Shown here: one piece after another, positions 45,687 to 55,096 of the stretch
How the letters are laid out: every line of letters starts with the position of its first letter
How positions within the stretch are numbered: position 1 is the stretch's first letter
Source of the DNA: Salinispira sp.
GTDB lineage: Bacteria > Spirochaetota > Spirochaetia > DSM-27196 > Salinispiraceae
DNA: 64,000 nt
NCBI GenBank assembly: GCA_965602015.1
Contig: OZ271918.1
Location: 32,001-96,000, forward strand
Direction of reading: 5' to 3'
The notes under the pieces: model-generated
Databases searched by the model: none
What the model was told of the DNA's origin: nothing
Seen by the model: the letters and a program-made list of their open reading frames with translations, nothing else
Translations under genes and position numbers: made by a program

Positions 45687-47162
45687 TCAGAAGAGCTGAT
45701 GGTCTTCCTCCTCCGGCCCGTCGAGAATTTCCAGGGTCTCGCCGCTTAGCGCGAGTTTGGCGCTCTCGACATAGATGCCGAAAATGTCCTGATCCATTCC
45801 CCTGATATCCACATAGCGCAGCACAATGCGGCGGTCGATTGACAGCTCCACGTACCCGCCGAACACCACCAGTTCGATTGAGAGGTTCGGCTGCTTCGAG
45901 CCGGGAAAGCGGTTGCTTTGAATGATGTTGTAATCAAAGGCGTTCTCAATATCGCCGTCGTGCCGCTCGCTCCAGAATCTCCCCTGGGCTATGCCGTTGA
46001 TGAGGTCGAGACTGATGTAGTGACCGTTTCCCTGGGGATCCTGTCGAAACACCAGGCCGGTCTTTCCAAGTCCTTCCAAATGCAGTGTGGCTGAAAAGCG
46101 GAAATCCCGGCAGCGCCGGTCAAACGCGAAGATTTCATAGCCGCTGACCGACCAGAGATGCAGGGCTTCATCATCCTTGTTTATGCCCGCGCTGGGATTG
46201 TTCAGCACCATCCGCAGGGGCCTAAGGGTTTCCCCCGGCACTTTTTCGCTCACCTTCTTGTCGAAGCCCTCGTAGCTTTTTACAAATAGCTGACCGTCTT
46301 CCTGCACGTCCAACCGGGTCGGGGGAGGAAGTATGGCCATCCGGCTCGCCGACGCGTCGTGAGAAAAGAAATTCCACAGCAGCCAGCCCTTGTCGTCCTT
46401 GGTGAGCCGGGATGCATAGTTGCCCCTGGGCAGCAGGACATTGTCCGCATAAGCCTGGTAGACGCCGAAAATCTCCGGGCTGTGCCAGTAGTGGATTTTG
46501 ATGTCCTCCCGGATATTGCCCAGGAGGTAGTAGTTCTCGCCGATGTGAAAGAGGCCGGGTACTTCAATATCGTCGTACATTCGAGGGTAGAATAATGGTT
46601 CCCTCCAGCGGAACTTCCCGGGTTCGTACTCCTGGGCGACCCCGACGCAACCCCGGCGAATAACCGGACCGTCGGGAACCCGAGCGTTCACCAGCATCAG
46701 GCGGGTATCCCCTTCCCGGTAAAAAAACGGATCCCGGCAGCTTACCCAGTGCCGTCCCTGGTCGATGGAGTCTTCATAATGTGGGCCTTCTATCGACAGG
46801 GGAAAGTTTTCATCTTTCACCTTGCGCCAACTGTACAAATCATCAGAGCGGGCCAGGCCGATGCGCTGAACCTTGCCGCTCTCCTTTCGGGACAGCCCGG
46901 TGTACAGCATGCGGAAGGCGCTGGTGCCGTCGGGGTCGGGGCTGACGTGCATGGTCCACAACATATCATCATCCCATTCTCCCGGCTCTCCGATAAACAA
47001 CGGATTCTGCACCCGCCGCCAGAGAAAGCCGTCCTTGCTCACCGCATGGGCGATATAGTCGTGATTGGGCAATACAAGATGAAACAGGTGAAACTCGCCT
47101 TTATGGACAATGACATCCACGTCCCCGAGTTCGGAGCGGGTAAATCCTCTACCGGTGTACAC
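45687..47162 (-). CDS. Glycoside hydrolase, clan J / GH32-like (beta-propeller plus beta-sandwich), cytoplasmic
   Basis: GDVDV..HLFHL, HAVSKDG..W, LWTMHV, CRDPF, DDIEVP; no signal peptide. Confidence 0.7.
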   Translation of the reverse strand: MYTGRGFTRSELGDVDVIVHKGEFHLFHLVLPNHDYIAHAVSKDGFLWRRVQNPLFIGEPGEWDDDMLWTMHVSPDPDGTSAFRMLYTGLSRKESGKVQRIGLARSDDLYSWRKVKDENFPLSIEGPHYEDSIDQGRHWVSCRDPFFYREGDTRLMLVNARVPDGPVIRRGCVGVAQEYEPGKFRWREPLFYPRMYDDIEVPGLFHIGENYYLLGNIREDIKIHYWHSPEIFGVYQAYADNVLLPRGNYASRLTKDDKGWLLWNFFSHDASASRMAILPPPTRLDVQEDGQLFVKSYEGFDKKVSEKVPGETLRPLRMVLNNPSAGINKDDEALHLWSVSGYEIFAFDRRCRDFRFSATLHLEGLGKTGLVFRQDPQGNGHYISLDLINGIAQGRFWSERHDGDIENAFDYNIIQSNRFPGSKQPNLSIELVVFGGYVELSIDRRIVLRYVDIRGMDQDIFGIYVESAKLALSGETLEILDGPEEEDHQLF

Positions 47163-47245
47163 ACAGGCCTCCTAAGCTATGGCGTATGTGTACAAGGTAC
47201 AAAGGCCTGTGGGTAATTTCCAGCGGCAATGGACATAATTACCGA

Positions 47246-50155
47246 TCAATCCACCAGTTTGATAATTTTCACCCCGTTAGTCTTGTCGGCAATAATCGCA
47301 TACCCCCCGTGAACCCGAAGCTCGATTCCGTCGAAATCGGTCCAGGTCAAGGCCTGATCCTGGACCGGTTTGGTGGCCGCAGAATGATCAAGAACTTCAA
47401 AATCGAATTCCTCATTTATGGAGAAGATGTATATGCCCTGGGCTTCGATATCGATGCCGTAGTGAATCCCGTAATGATCAGGAGGGGTCCCGGCTCCTTC
47501 CAGATATGAAGAAGAATCGGGGTCCACATCCCTCAGGTACATGGTGCCGCCCCCGGGGCCGAAGCTGTCCTGGAGAAGCATCATATCGCCCTGGAGATAC
47601 AGGTCGTGGATTTCCGCTCCCATATTCGAGATCTCGCCGACCTTGATAGGCGTCGCCGGGTCTTCAATGTTGTAGATAATGAGATCTGAGGGCCGGAAGT
47701 ATGCGGCGTCGGCGATGTACAGCAGATTATCCTTGATTGCAAAGTCATTGGCGGAAAACTGTTTGTCGTTGAATCCCAGAAAAACCGGGTTCAGGGGGTC
47801 CGCGATGTTGAACGTGGTAAGCCCGTCGTTGTTGATGGTAAAAAGCACCTCTCCCCGGATCTCGGTCCTAGCAAAACCATAGCCCTGCTCGGGCGAGCTT
47901 GTCATCGCCAGGGAATGAGGCTGGCTGATGTCGACGATACGCAGAACCGGTCCGCCGTCGGATACCAAAAGGCTATTTCCCGCCTTGGTGAGGAAGAGTT
48001 CGAATTTTGTGCCGGTGATTTCCAGATCAACGCTGTGAAGCAAAACCGGTGAAACCGGATCGGTAATGTCGTAGGATGCAAGGGAGTAATCATCGGTGCT
48101 GCCCCGGGCGACGTATAATAGACTGCCCTTTCTCGCTGTCGCGAGGGCATTGATGCCGGTAATTTCACCGTCCACCTGCAGGGCTGGCAACGCCGAGTTG
48201 CTCACGGTCTGAAGTCCCATGGGGCCGGAGGCGATAAATATTGACCTGCTGTTTACCTCGAGGTCGCGGCTGGGGCCGGGGGTGTCCCAGCCTCCGCCGC
48301 TGACAAAGGCCGGGTTCGCCGGGTCGGTAATATCAACTGTCACGTAACCCCAACCGTCTTTTATGTATACCGTGTTTCCGTAGGCACGGGGGTTGCTTGG
48401 ACTCCCGTCGACATGGCCGGGAGTCTGACCGATAATCGCCGGACCCACTGACAGGGGATCTATTACGAGGAAATCAAAAAAGGGCAATTCGGTTATTGCC
48501 GCAGCCGAGGCGGTGGCGAAAAGATATTGATCGTCATCGCTGTAGGCAAGCCGGTCGGGAAAATCCCCGTCGACTATGACCGAGGTGTTCGTCGTATAGC
48601 CCGGTGCACGGGGATCGTCGGGATGATAAACATAGCAGATAAGTACGTGTCCCCGGGAATCGAAGGTTGTGTCGTCCTGGCCGAAGAGTCCCGCGTGGAA
48701 AAACGTGTACTGCGGATCCGTCGTAGCGTTGGGTACCGCAATCGATATGGCCTGGGACGTTGTTCCCGAAGGAGCCTCAGGGGTCAGGCTGTCGTGGTAA
48801 ACCGGGGCGGCGGGGTTGCGGATATCGATGAAGTGCACCACGCCGCCTGTATCCAGAATAAACAGGTACCAGTCGTTTATCTCACAACCCGAGGGGTCGA
48901 TTGCCGGATCGATGTTCATGCTCGCGAGAAACAGTGGCGCCGCCGGATCGGCGATGTCGTAGCTGCTGATAGCGGAGTTCTCTGAAATCACAAAAAGATT
49001 ATTGCTCCGTATTTTTATATCGTGTACGTCCGGGAATGAAATCCTGCTGAGCTCCTGCAGGGAATCCGGACGGTTGACATCCATCAGCACGATTTCCCCT
49101 TCGGACAGCACTCCGGCCAGTATGCCTTCGGATTCCTCAATGTGAACCAGCTGGCCGCCGAGGGGGTAGCCGGCGATCTGGTCAAAGGAACCCGCTTCGG
49201 CAGGGAACACATCCGGGGTACCCCAGGCCGAACCGCTGAGTATGGCCCCTTCGAACACCGGGCGTATCATATAAAAATAGTCCGCCCCTTCGAAGACCCC
49301 TTCGTCCAGGAAGTGGCTGTCACCGACTTCGGTGTATTTCGTGTAGTTATCTTCGTTTCCGACACTGCGCCACACCTCGTACTCCGGGGCTCCGGGAATA
49401 TCAGTCCATTCGAGGTAAATCTGCCGGTACCCCGCTTCGATACGGGGTATTAGAGTCAAGGGTGACAGGGGAAGGGCACTGCGGTAATCCGAGATAAGAC
49501 TGCTTCCGTCAGACATTTCGCTGATGAGCTGGAAAACATGGGCTGATCCGTTTTCCAGATCGGGAATTGTGATTTCGATTTCGTTCTGATCACCTCCGGC
49601 AATTTCCTGCTCAATGCCGTACACCGCGGTGGGAAGGGCGCCGTCGGTGGTATAGCGAAGCAGGTATCGCTGTGCGTCGGATATGCCTGTCCAGCTGACC
49701 TGGGCGCTGCGGTTGCCCGAACTGACTCTGAAGGACGGCAGGACGGTTCCCGGGTCTTCGAGAACGATTTCCCGTTCGCTGCTGTTCTCGTTCCAGTCGG
49801 TCACACGAACCGTTACCCGCACATCCCCGCTGAAGCCGACGGTTTCGAAACTAAAGTCGAAGCCGCCGCTTCCGCCTAAGCTCACGGGGCTTTCCTCAAT
49901 GAGGGTCTGCACAGAATTCGATACGCTAAAGGTCAGGGACGAAATTGTTTCCGAGACGTTTGCTTCTCCGGTGATTCTTCCCGTCACCGTTACACTCTCC
50001 CGGTACTCAGTGCGGTCCTCAGGCAAGAGGATCTCCAGCACGGGAATCACGTCGTCTTTTAACCTGGTCAGCAGTTCGCTCTCCAGCGGCTGGAGACAGG
50101 AGGCCAGAAAGATGGTGCAAAAACCCAGACAGATTACTCGCAGCAGGTTTTTCAT
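47246..50155 (-). CDS. Large lipoprotein: Ig-like and FN3-like domains plus LVIVD-repeat beta-propeller
   Basis: Lipobox FLASC; LEWTDIPGAPEYEVWRS FN3 pattern; repeated xxDITDP / DISQP / NIADP / NIEDP motifs. Confidence 0.8.
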   Translation of the reverse strand: MKNLLRVICLGFCTIFLASCLQPLESELLTRLKDDVIPVLEILLPEDRTEYRESVTVTGRITGEANVSETISSLTFSVSNSVQTLIEESPVSLGGSGGFDFSFETVGFSGDVRVTVRVTDWNENSSEREIVLEDPGTVLPSFRVSSGNRSAQVSWTGISDAQRYLLRYTTDGALPTAVYGIEQEIAGGDQNEIEITIPDLENGSAHVFQLISEMSDGSSLISDYRSALPLSPLTLIPRIEAGYRQIYLEWTDIPGAPEYEVWRSVGNEDNYTKYTEVGDSHFLDEGVFEGADYFYMIRPVFEGAILSGSAWGTPDVFPAEAGSFDQIAGYPLGGQLVHIEESEGILAGVLSEGEIVLMDVNRPDSLQELSRISFPDVHDIKIRSNNLFVISENSAISSYDIADPAAPLFLASMNIDPAIDPSGCEINDWYLFILDTGGVVHFIDIRNPAAPVYHDSLTPEAPSGTTSQAISIAVPNATTDPQYTFFHAGLFGQDDTTFDSRGHVLICYVYHPDDPRAPGYTTNTSVIVDGDFPDRLAYSDDDQYLFATASAAAITELPFFDFLVIDPLSVGPAIIGQTPGHVDGSPSNPRAYGNTVYIKDGWGYVTVDITDPANPAFVSGGGWDTPGPSRDLEVNSRSIFIASGPMGLQTVSNSALPALQVDGEITGINALATARKGSLLYVARGSTDDYSLASYDITDPVSPVLLHSVDLEITGTKFELFLTKAGNSLLVSDGGPVLRIVDISQPHSLAMTSSPEQGYGFARTEIRGEVLFTINNDGLTTFNIADPLNPVFLGFNDKQFSANDFAIKDNLLYIADAAYFRPSDLIIYNIEDPATPIKVGEISNMGAEIHDLYLQGDMMLLQDSFGPGGGTMYLRDVDPDSSSYLEGAGTPPDHYGIHYGIDIEAQGIYIFSINEEFDFEVLDHSAATKPVQDQALTWTDFDGIELRVHGGYAIIADKTNGVKIIKLVD

Positions 50156-50156
50156 G

Positions 50157-52304
50157 TTATTCCTCCCCCATGAAAATTACCGAATCGTTCACGCCGGACG
50201 CCCGGGATGATCCTCCGCTTCCCAGGTGGGCAAATTCCGCGACACCGGCGGGGTCGATTTCCTCGGCTCGGGCGAAGTAGGCCCGGGAATCCTCGAACTG
50301 CTCCAGTTCCCTTAAGGTCTGGGAAATGTTTATGAGGATGGTTTGGCCTGCGGGGGTCTGCAGCTCGCCCCGATTTTCAAGCAGCTGTTCAACCCTGGTG
50401 TAGCTCTCCAGTGCCAGCGGATAGTTTTCCGTGAGATAGGCCACATTTGCGAGGTTAACCACCGGATTGATAAAATCCGGGTCATTTCTCATGCTCCGTT
50501 CGAAAATTCTCCGCGCACCGGCATAATCCCCGAAGCGGGCCAAGGCAATGCCGTACACATTGAGCAGGCGGTTGCTGTTCCCTATTCTTGACTCGATTCC
50601 CGACAGTACCCGGCTGCGGTGGTCGTTTATGCCGGAAATAAAACTCTGACGAAGCACCGCGGGGTCGCCGTAATAAAGTCCTAAATCGGTTTCCCGAAGA
50701 CCCACCGGCCGGAAGAGCCTCTGGGCATCTGCGGTGACATAGAATCCTCTTTTTTCCGAATCGCCTTCATAGCGGTTCCACTCGTTGGCTCCACGGGCCC
50801 AGGCCTCGAGGAAATCTCCGTTTCCTATCATAGTTATTTCGACGGGTATCCACAACTCGCCGTCCACTATGATGAACTGGGACCGGTCGCTGCCGAAAAA
50901 GCGGAAATCCTTGGCGGCGACGCCGGTATTAAACGCCGAGTAGATGTGTCCCGGTGTGGTTATAAAGGCCGTTGGTATGCCCAGGCTTTCCAGCAGGCTG
51001 TTGTAGAGAACGGTGAGGTCGTCGCAGTCACCGGTGCCCCGCTTCAGGGTCTCTCTGGGCAGGCTTACCGAGTCCACTGCGAACCGGTTGTTCTGCATCT
51101 CGGTAAACGGAGCCACCGGGTCGCTCTGGTACACGCAGCCGATGACCGGCAGGCCGTTATAGAGTTGCATGGCGTATTGGAACTCCCGGTAATAGCCGGG
51201 GTACATATTCCGTTCTATGCTCTGACGCAAGAAGCTTGCGTAGTTGCGGATGGCTCCGTCGTTCGGGGTGATAAAGGCGCCGGCTCGGCGGTCGTCGTCC
51301 CAGACGATTGATCGCTTGTCATAGAGGTCATAGGATACCGAGTATTCCTGCCGTGCCGGTCGGCCCCGCACGCTGTATTCCGCAATAATCTGACCGGTCA
51401 GCGGCACTATCCCTTCAACCGCGAAAATTTCGTCATTGAACGATCCCGTGAGACCGATTTCACGAGTTTCGTCCCGTCCGAGGACGGGAATTTCCGCGAC
51501 TATTGAAGGTGCATCCATATAGCCCGGCTGGTGGAAGGAAATAACCACATCGCGTATCTCCGTTCGTTCCACATTGGTGAGATTAACGCTTCCAAACGGG
51601 TTCTCCGGGTAGTAGCTCTGCATTGCGGCGAACACCGATTCGATTTCAGCAGCGGAGAAGCGGATGCTTCTGAAAATTGCATTGGCCGAGTCCGGATCGT
51701 TACCAAGTCGGTAATGGGCGGAGAAACTGATGCCTGCGCTGAAACCGTTAAAATCCGTCAATTCCGAGGAACCGGTCCGGTAGCGCAGCGACGGTCTTAC
51801 ATCAATCGCCAGGTTATACGAAGGGGTCAAGGCTATTATACCCTCGAGAATGCTGTCCCAATAGGAGACCCCGAATACTTCTTCGCCGATGTTGGAAAAC
51901 ACCGCCTGATTATATCCGCTGAGGAGGGCAAGTCCGAGTTCGAAATCCTTTGAAAACCGGTTAGTCCAGGAAGCGCCGGTCATAACTGAAAATTGATTGT
52001 GGTCCCATCGGGCGGGAAAAATCTCATCGTTGACGTCAATGGTTGTATAGCCGAGCCTGAGCGCCGGCTGAAGCTCGGGGAGGCCCGGTATGGGCACCCG
52101 AAAATCTCCGGTGATCATCCGTTCCGATGAAATCCGGCTGTCCGCCGTGAGCGGCGAGTAACTGGCATAACCCGCGCCGAATGAGAGCGGGTAGGCATAA
52201 TAGTCATTGAGCGATGCGTCCTGGCCATTGATGAAAAACGAAGAGAAGAATAAGGCTATTACCGGGACCATGCTTTTTTTGAGCAAAAGCGCAGTGTGGT
52301 TCAT
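50157..52304 (-). CDS. Exported protein: beta-barrel-like N-terminus, transglutaminase-like Cys-His-Glu domain, C-terminal TPRs
   Basis: Signal peptide; alternating aromatic strands ending AHYRL; PRETLKRGTGDCDDL, TPGHIY, WIPVE; NVYGIALARFG TPR. Confidence 0.75.
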   Translation of the reverse strand: MNHTALLLKKSMVPVIALFFSSFFINGQDASLNDYYAYPLSFGAGYASYSPLTADSRISSERMITGDFRVPIPGLPELQPALRLGYTTIDVNDEIFPARWDHNQFSVMTGASWTNRFSKDFELGLALLSGYNQAVFSNIGEEVFGVSYWDSILEGIIALTPSYNLAIDVRPSLRYRTGSSELTDFNGFSAGISFSAHYRLGNDPDSANAIFRSIRFSAAEIESVFAAMQSYYPENPFGSVNLTNVERTEIRDVVISFHQPGYMDAPSIVAEIPVLGRDETREIGLTGSFNDEIFAVEGIVPLTGQIIAEYSVRGRPARQEYSVSYDLYDKRSIVWDDDRRAGAFITPNDGAIRNYASFLRQSIERNMYPGYYREFQYAMQLYNGLPVIGCVYQSDPVAPFTEMQNNRFAVDSVSLPRETLKRGTGDCDDLTVLYNSLLESLGIPTAFITTPGHIYSAFNTGVAAKDFRFFGSDRSQFIIVDGELWIPVEITMIGNGDFLEAWARGANEWNRYEGDSEKRGFYVTADAQRLFRPVGLRETDLGLYYGDPAVLRQSFISGINDHRSRVLSGIESRIGNSNRLLNVYGIALARFGDYAGARRIFERSMRNDPDFINPVVNLANVAYLTENYPLALESYTRVEQLLENRGELQTPAGQTILINISQTLRELEQFEDSRAYFARAEEIDPAGVAEFAHLGSGGSSRASGVNDSVIFMGEE

Positions 52305-52411
52305 GGTTGTCCCCCATCTGTAATTCTATCCCGATGGAATTGCTCAGACAATGCCGATGGGGGGAATGTGTTTGGTATTGCCGGTGTTTACTCAGGAGTA
52401 CCGAGCCTAAA

Positions 52412-52446
52412 GACACACAGCCCGGCTTTCGGCCGGGCTCTCTGTC
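52412..52446 (-). terminator. Probable terminator after the PKD/PPC lipoprotein genes
   Basis: agcccggc-tttcg-gccgggct stem extended by gaca/tgtc, 20 bp past the stop at 52466; short T-run. Confidence 0.5.
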
Positions 52447-52465
52447 AAAACAGGGGATTTTGATA

Positions 52466-55096
52466 TCAGTATGCTACAATCGCGTAATCTCCTACACTTC
52501 CCGAAAGCTCGTATACTTCCACGTATACAAAGCCGTCTGCCGGAGGCGTGTAGACAAAGCGTGAATACAACCCGCTGCCACCGTCATCGTCTTCACCTAA
52601 ATAGTCTTCATTCTGGTCATAAATAATTATGTAGGTATCACTGTCGATTCCTCCGGTGCCTGAGGTTTCAATAGTGATACTGCTGTCCGCAGTTACCGGT
52701 ATTCGGTAGAAATCTCTGTCATTTGATTCTTCGAAGGCATAGTTATTCCCACCGGCTCCAACGGTCAGGAGAACCGCCTCGGCGAAGCTGTCGTTTCCGT
52801 CGCTCAAAGGTATATAGTTCTCGACGGATACTGCGTAATTTCCCGTCCCCTGATTTTCTGCGGAGACTTTGAGAAAATACGGTTCGCTTTCGAAGGCCGT
52901 GAACTGAAGGACGCCTGAGCCCAGGTTATATTGATACAATGAGTCTACGGAAAAATAGGAGCCGTCCTCCAACCTAAGCCTTATGCCACCACCAACACTG
53001 ATGTTTTCGAGAACGATGCGGTAGCTTTCCCCGGCGACAGCGTCGAATGTAAAAAAGTCTTCATCTTCAAGCGATTCAAGATCGGAGGTAACAGTTGAAC
53101 CGTCGGTAAGCAAGGATTCAGCGCTCCCGTAGTCACCATTTCCGTCAGCGGCGGTGGTAAAAGAGTCCACCGAGAGCTCATAGCTGCCCAGTTCTGATCC
53201 CCTTGGGGAAACCACGATGTAAAAACTTCCGGCCGGTGAATCTGCCTGAAAGAACGGATCCCAATCACCTCCCCATCCAATCAAAATCTGATTCTCATCA
53301 AACACCTCGTAGTTCATAGAGCCCGAACTTGAAATCTCTATAATAAAATCGTCACCGGTCTCTGCGCTGAATACAAAGTAATCCTCTTCGCCGAAGCTCG
53401 ATATTTCACTGTTCAATGGACCACCGTCGATGGCTATGGGGTCGGCGGAGGCAAAATCATTGTTGCCGTCGTCAGCAGGAGTAAACGAATCGATGGCTAT
53501 CTCGTACGACCCGGAAAGACCTCTGGCCATAAGCTCGAAGTAGTACTTGCCCGCCGGGGCATCTAAGGCAAAAAATGGATTCGAAGCAGTAAATGATTTA
53601 AAGTCGATGCGTGACATCCCCTCATCGTATACATAGTATATTGCCGTGTCCGGTCCGCTAAAGCTCACGCTGAAATTTTCACCGCCAAGGGTTTCCAGGA
53701 CGAACCAATCCGAATCGTCATATGCGCCGAAATCTCCGGAATGTGTCCCACCGCCAATGCTGAGTTGATAATCGGGGTTTGCATCGGAATCCGCCGCAGC
53801 ATCGCTGTCGTCGCTATACGGGATGTACTCCGAAACGCTGAGTACGTACACTCCGGCTGTACCACAATAGCTGTTTTCTACCTCTATGCGATAGGTGCCG
53901 ACTTCTGATCCGATGTGAACCGGTTGGTTAAGAGAAAAAAAGTCATCACCACCACCGGGATATTGAATAGTGCCTCCATTTGTTCCGCTTCCGGTCAGTT
54001 GGAGGACGAGTTGGGTGGAGCCATCACTCTCGTAGAAGAAATAATCAATGTCGTCCCCTCTGCCTATATCGACGGAAACAGGGCTGTCTAATTGGATTTC
54101 AAGAGCATCTGTCTCGCTGTCGTTGCCGTCGGTGAATATGTCCAACGAGCTCACCCGAATAGACAGGGAGCCGTCCACTGCCAATTCTGTGGTGCCGTCA
54201 ACTGGCATAAAATTCACGGCGCACAGATAATATTTTTCACCGACCACAAATCCATCATCTAAGTAATAGCTGAGGGGTTCTCCGCCATAATACTTAGATT
54301 CTTGGAAGGGGTATATTCCGCCATAATCCTCGCCGGCAGCGTTGAAAAAAATCAATGCGTGGGGAGACGGGCTAAATTCAGGAATAAAGGTGAGCTCTGT
54401 GATTGGACCCTGGTGTACAAAGCTGTACCAGCGCTCACCGCCAATTGCAGCCGGCGCGCCATTGTTATTTATATCTAAATAGGTAGGACTTATATGTACT
54501 GCAGCAGAAGGAATTCCGTTATCGAGCACCACGGGGTTGACCGGCAGCAATCGAATATGAACCGGTGTCCTTCCGTCCTGTACTACATCAAAGGGTTCGG
54601 ATGTTCCCGACAGTCCGGGTTCGGATTCTGAGGTCGGAGTATTATAGGCGTATGCTATGAGGTAGTACCCGCTGCCCGGGGCAGCCGTTAGGCTAGCGGT
54701 TGCAGAATCGTAAAAATTTGATTCTGATAATTCTGTCGTTACCGTGGCAACCAGCTGATCGGAACTGTCATACAATTCCAGAACCAGTTTGTCGGTCATA
54801 AACATAGCCCGCGATTGGGGATTCAGCGATCTTCCGACGGGCTCATCGGCGGTTTCGCTGTTGTAGGTTGAAGCTAATTTTTCGGTAATTTCTAGTAATG
54901 CCGGTGAAATCCAGGGCATTTGGATGCGTATCTCCACATTTTTATCCGACTCATCGTCTGTCGGAAGCTCAAGAGGCGATATCATGGATGAAATAAAATC
55001 GCAGCTGGTAAGCGCCAAAGCCAAGAAGAGAAGGGCAAGCACGGCGATTGGTTTTTTTCCGCCGTGAAATTTTGTGTTGTCAGTCGATAAGTACAT
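52466..55096 (-). CDS. Lipoprotein with about 5 tandem PPC-like (pre-peptidase C-terminal) domains
   Basis: Lipobox LTSC; repeated DGND..A...D.D[YF][FY].F...G.Y units; final DTYIIIYD..EDDDGGSGLYS; no catalytic domain seen. Confidence 0.75.
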   Translation of the reverse strand: MYLSTDNTKFHGGKKPIAVLALLFLALALTSCDFISSMISPLELPTDDESDKNVEIRIQMPWISPALLEITEKLASTYNSETADEPVGRSLNPQSRAMFMTDKLVLELYDSSDQLVATVTTELSESNFYDSATASLTAAPGSGYYLIAYAYNTPTSESEPGLSGTSEPFDVVQDGRTPVHIRLLPVNPVVLDNGIPSAAVHISPTYLDINNNGAPAAIGGERWYSFVHQGPITELTFIPEFSPSPHALIFFNAAGEDYGGIYPFQESKYYGGEPLSYYLDDGFVVGEKYYLCAVNFMPVDGTTELAVDGSLSIRVSSLDIFTDGNDSETDALEIQLDSPVSVDIGRGDDIDYFFYESDGSTQLVLQLTGSGTNGGTIQYPGGGDDFFSLNQPVHIGSEVGTYRIEVENSYCGTAGVYVLSVSEYIPYSDDSDAAADSDANPDYQLSIGGGTHSGDFGAYDDSDWFVLETLGGENFSVSFSGPDTAIYYVYDEGMSRIDFKSFTASNPFFALDAPAGKYYFELMARGLSGSYEIAIDSFTPADDGNNDFASADPIAIDGGPLNSEISSFGEEDYFVFSAETGDDFIIEISSSGSMNYEVFDENQILIGWGGDWDPFFQADSPAGSFYIVVSPRGSELGSYELSVDSFTTAADGNGDYGSAESLLTDGSTVTSDLESLEDEDFFTFDAVAGESYRIVLENISVGGGIRLRLEDGSYFSVDSLYQYNLGSGVLQFTAFESEPYFLKVSAENQGTGNYAVSVENYIPLSDGNDSFAEAVLLTVGAGGNNYAFEESNDRDFYRIPVTADSSITIETSGTGGIDSDTYIIIYDQNEDYLGEDDDGGSGLYSRFVYTPPADGFVYVEVYELSGSVGDYAIVAY

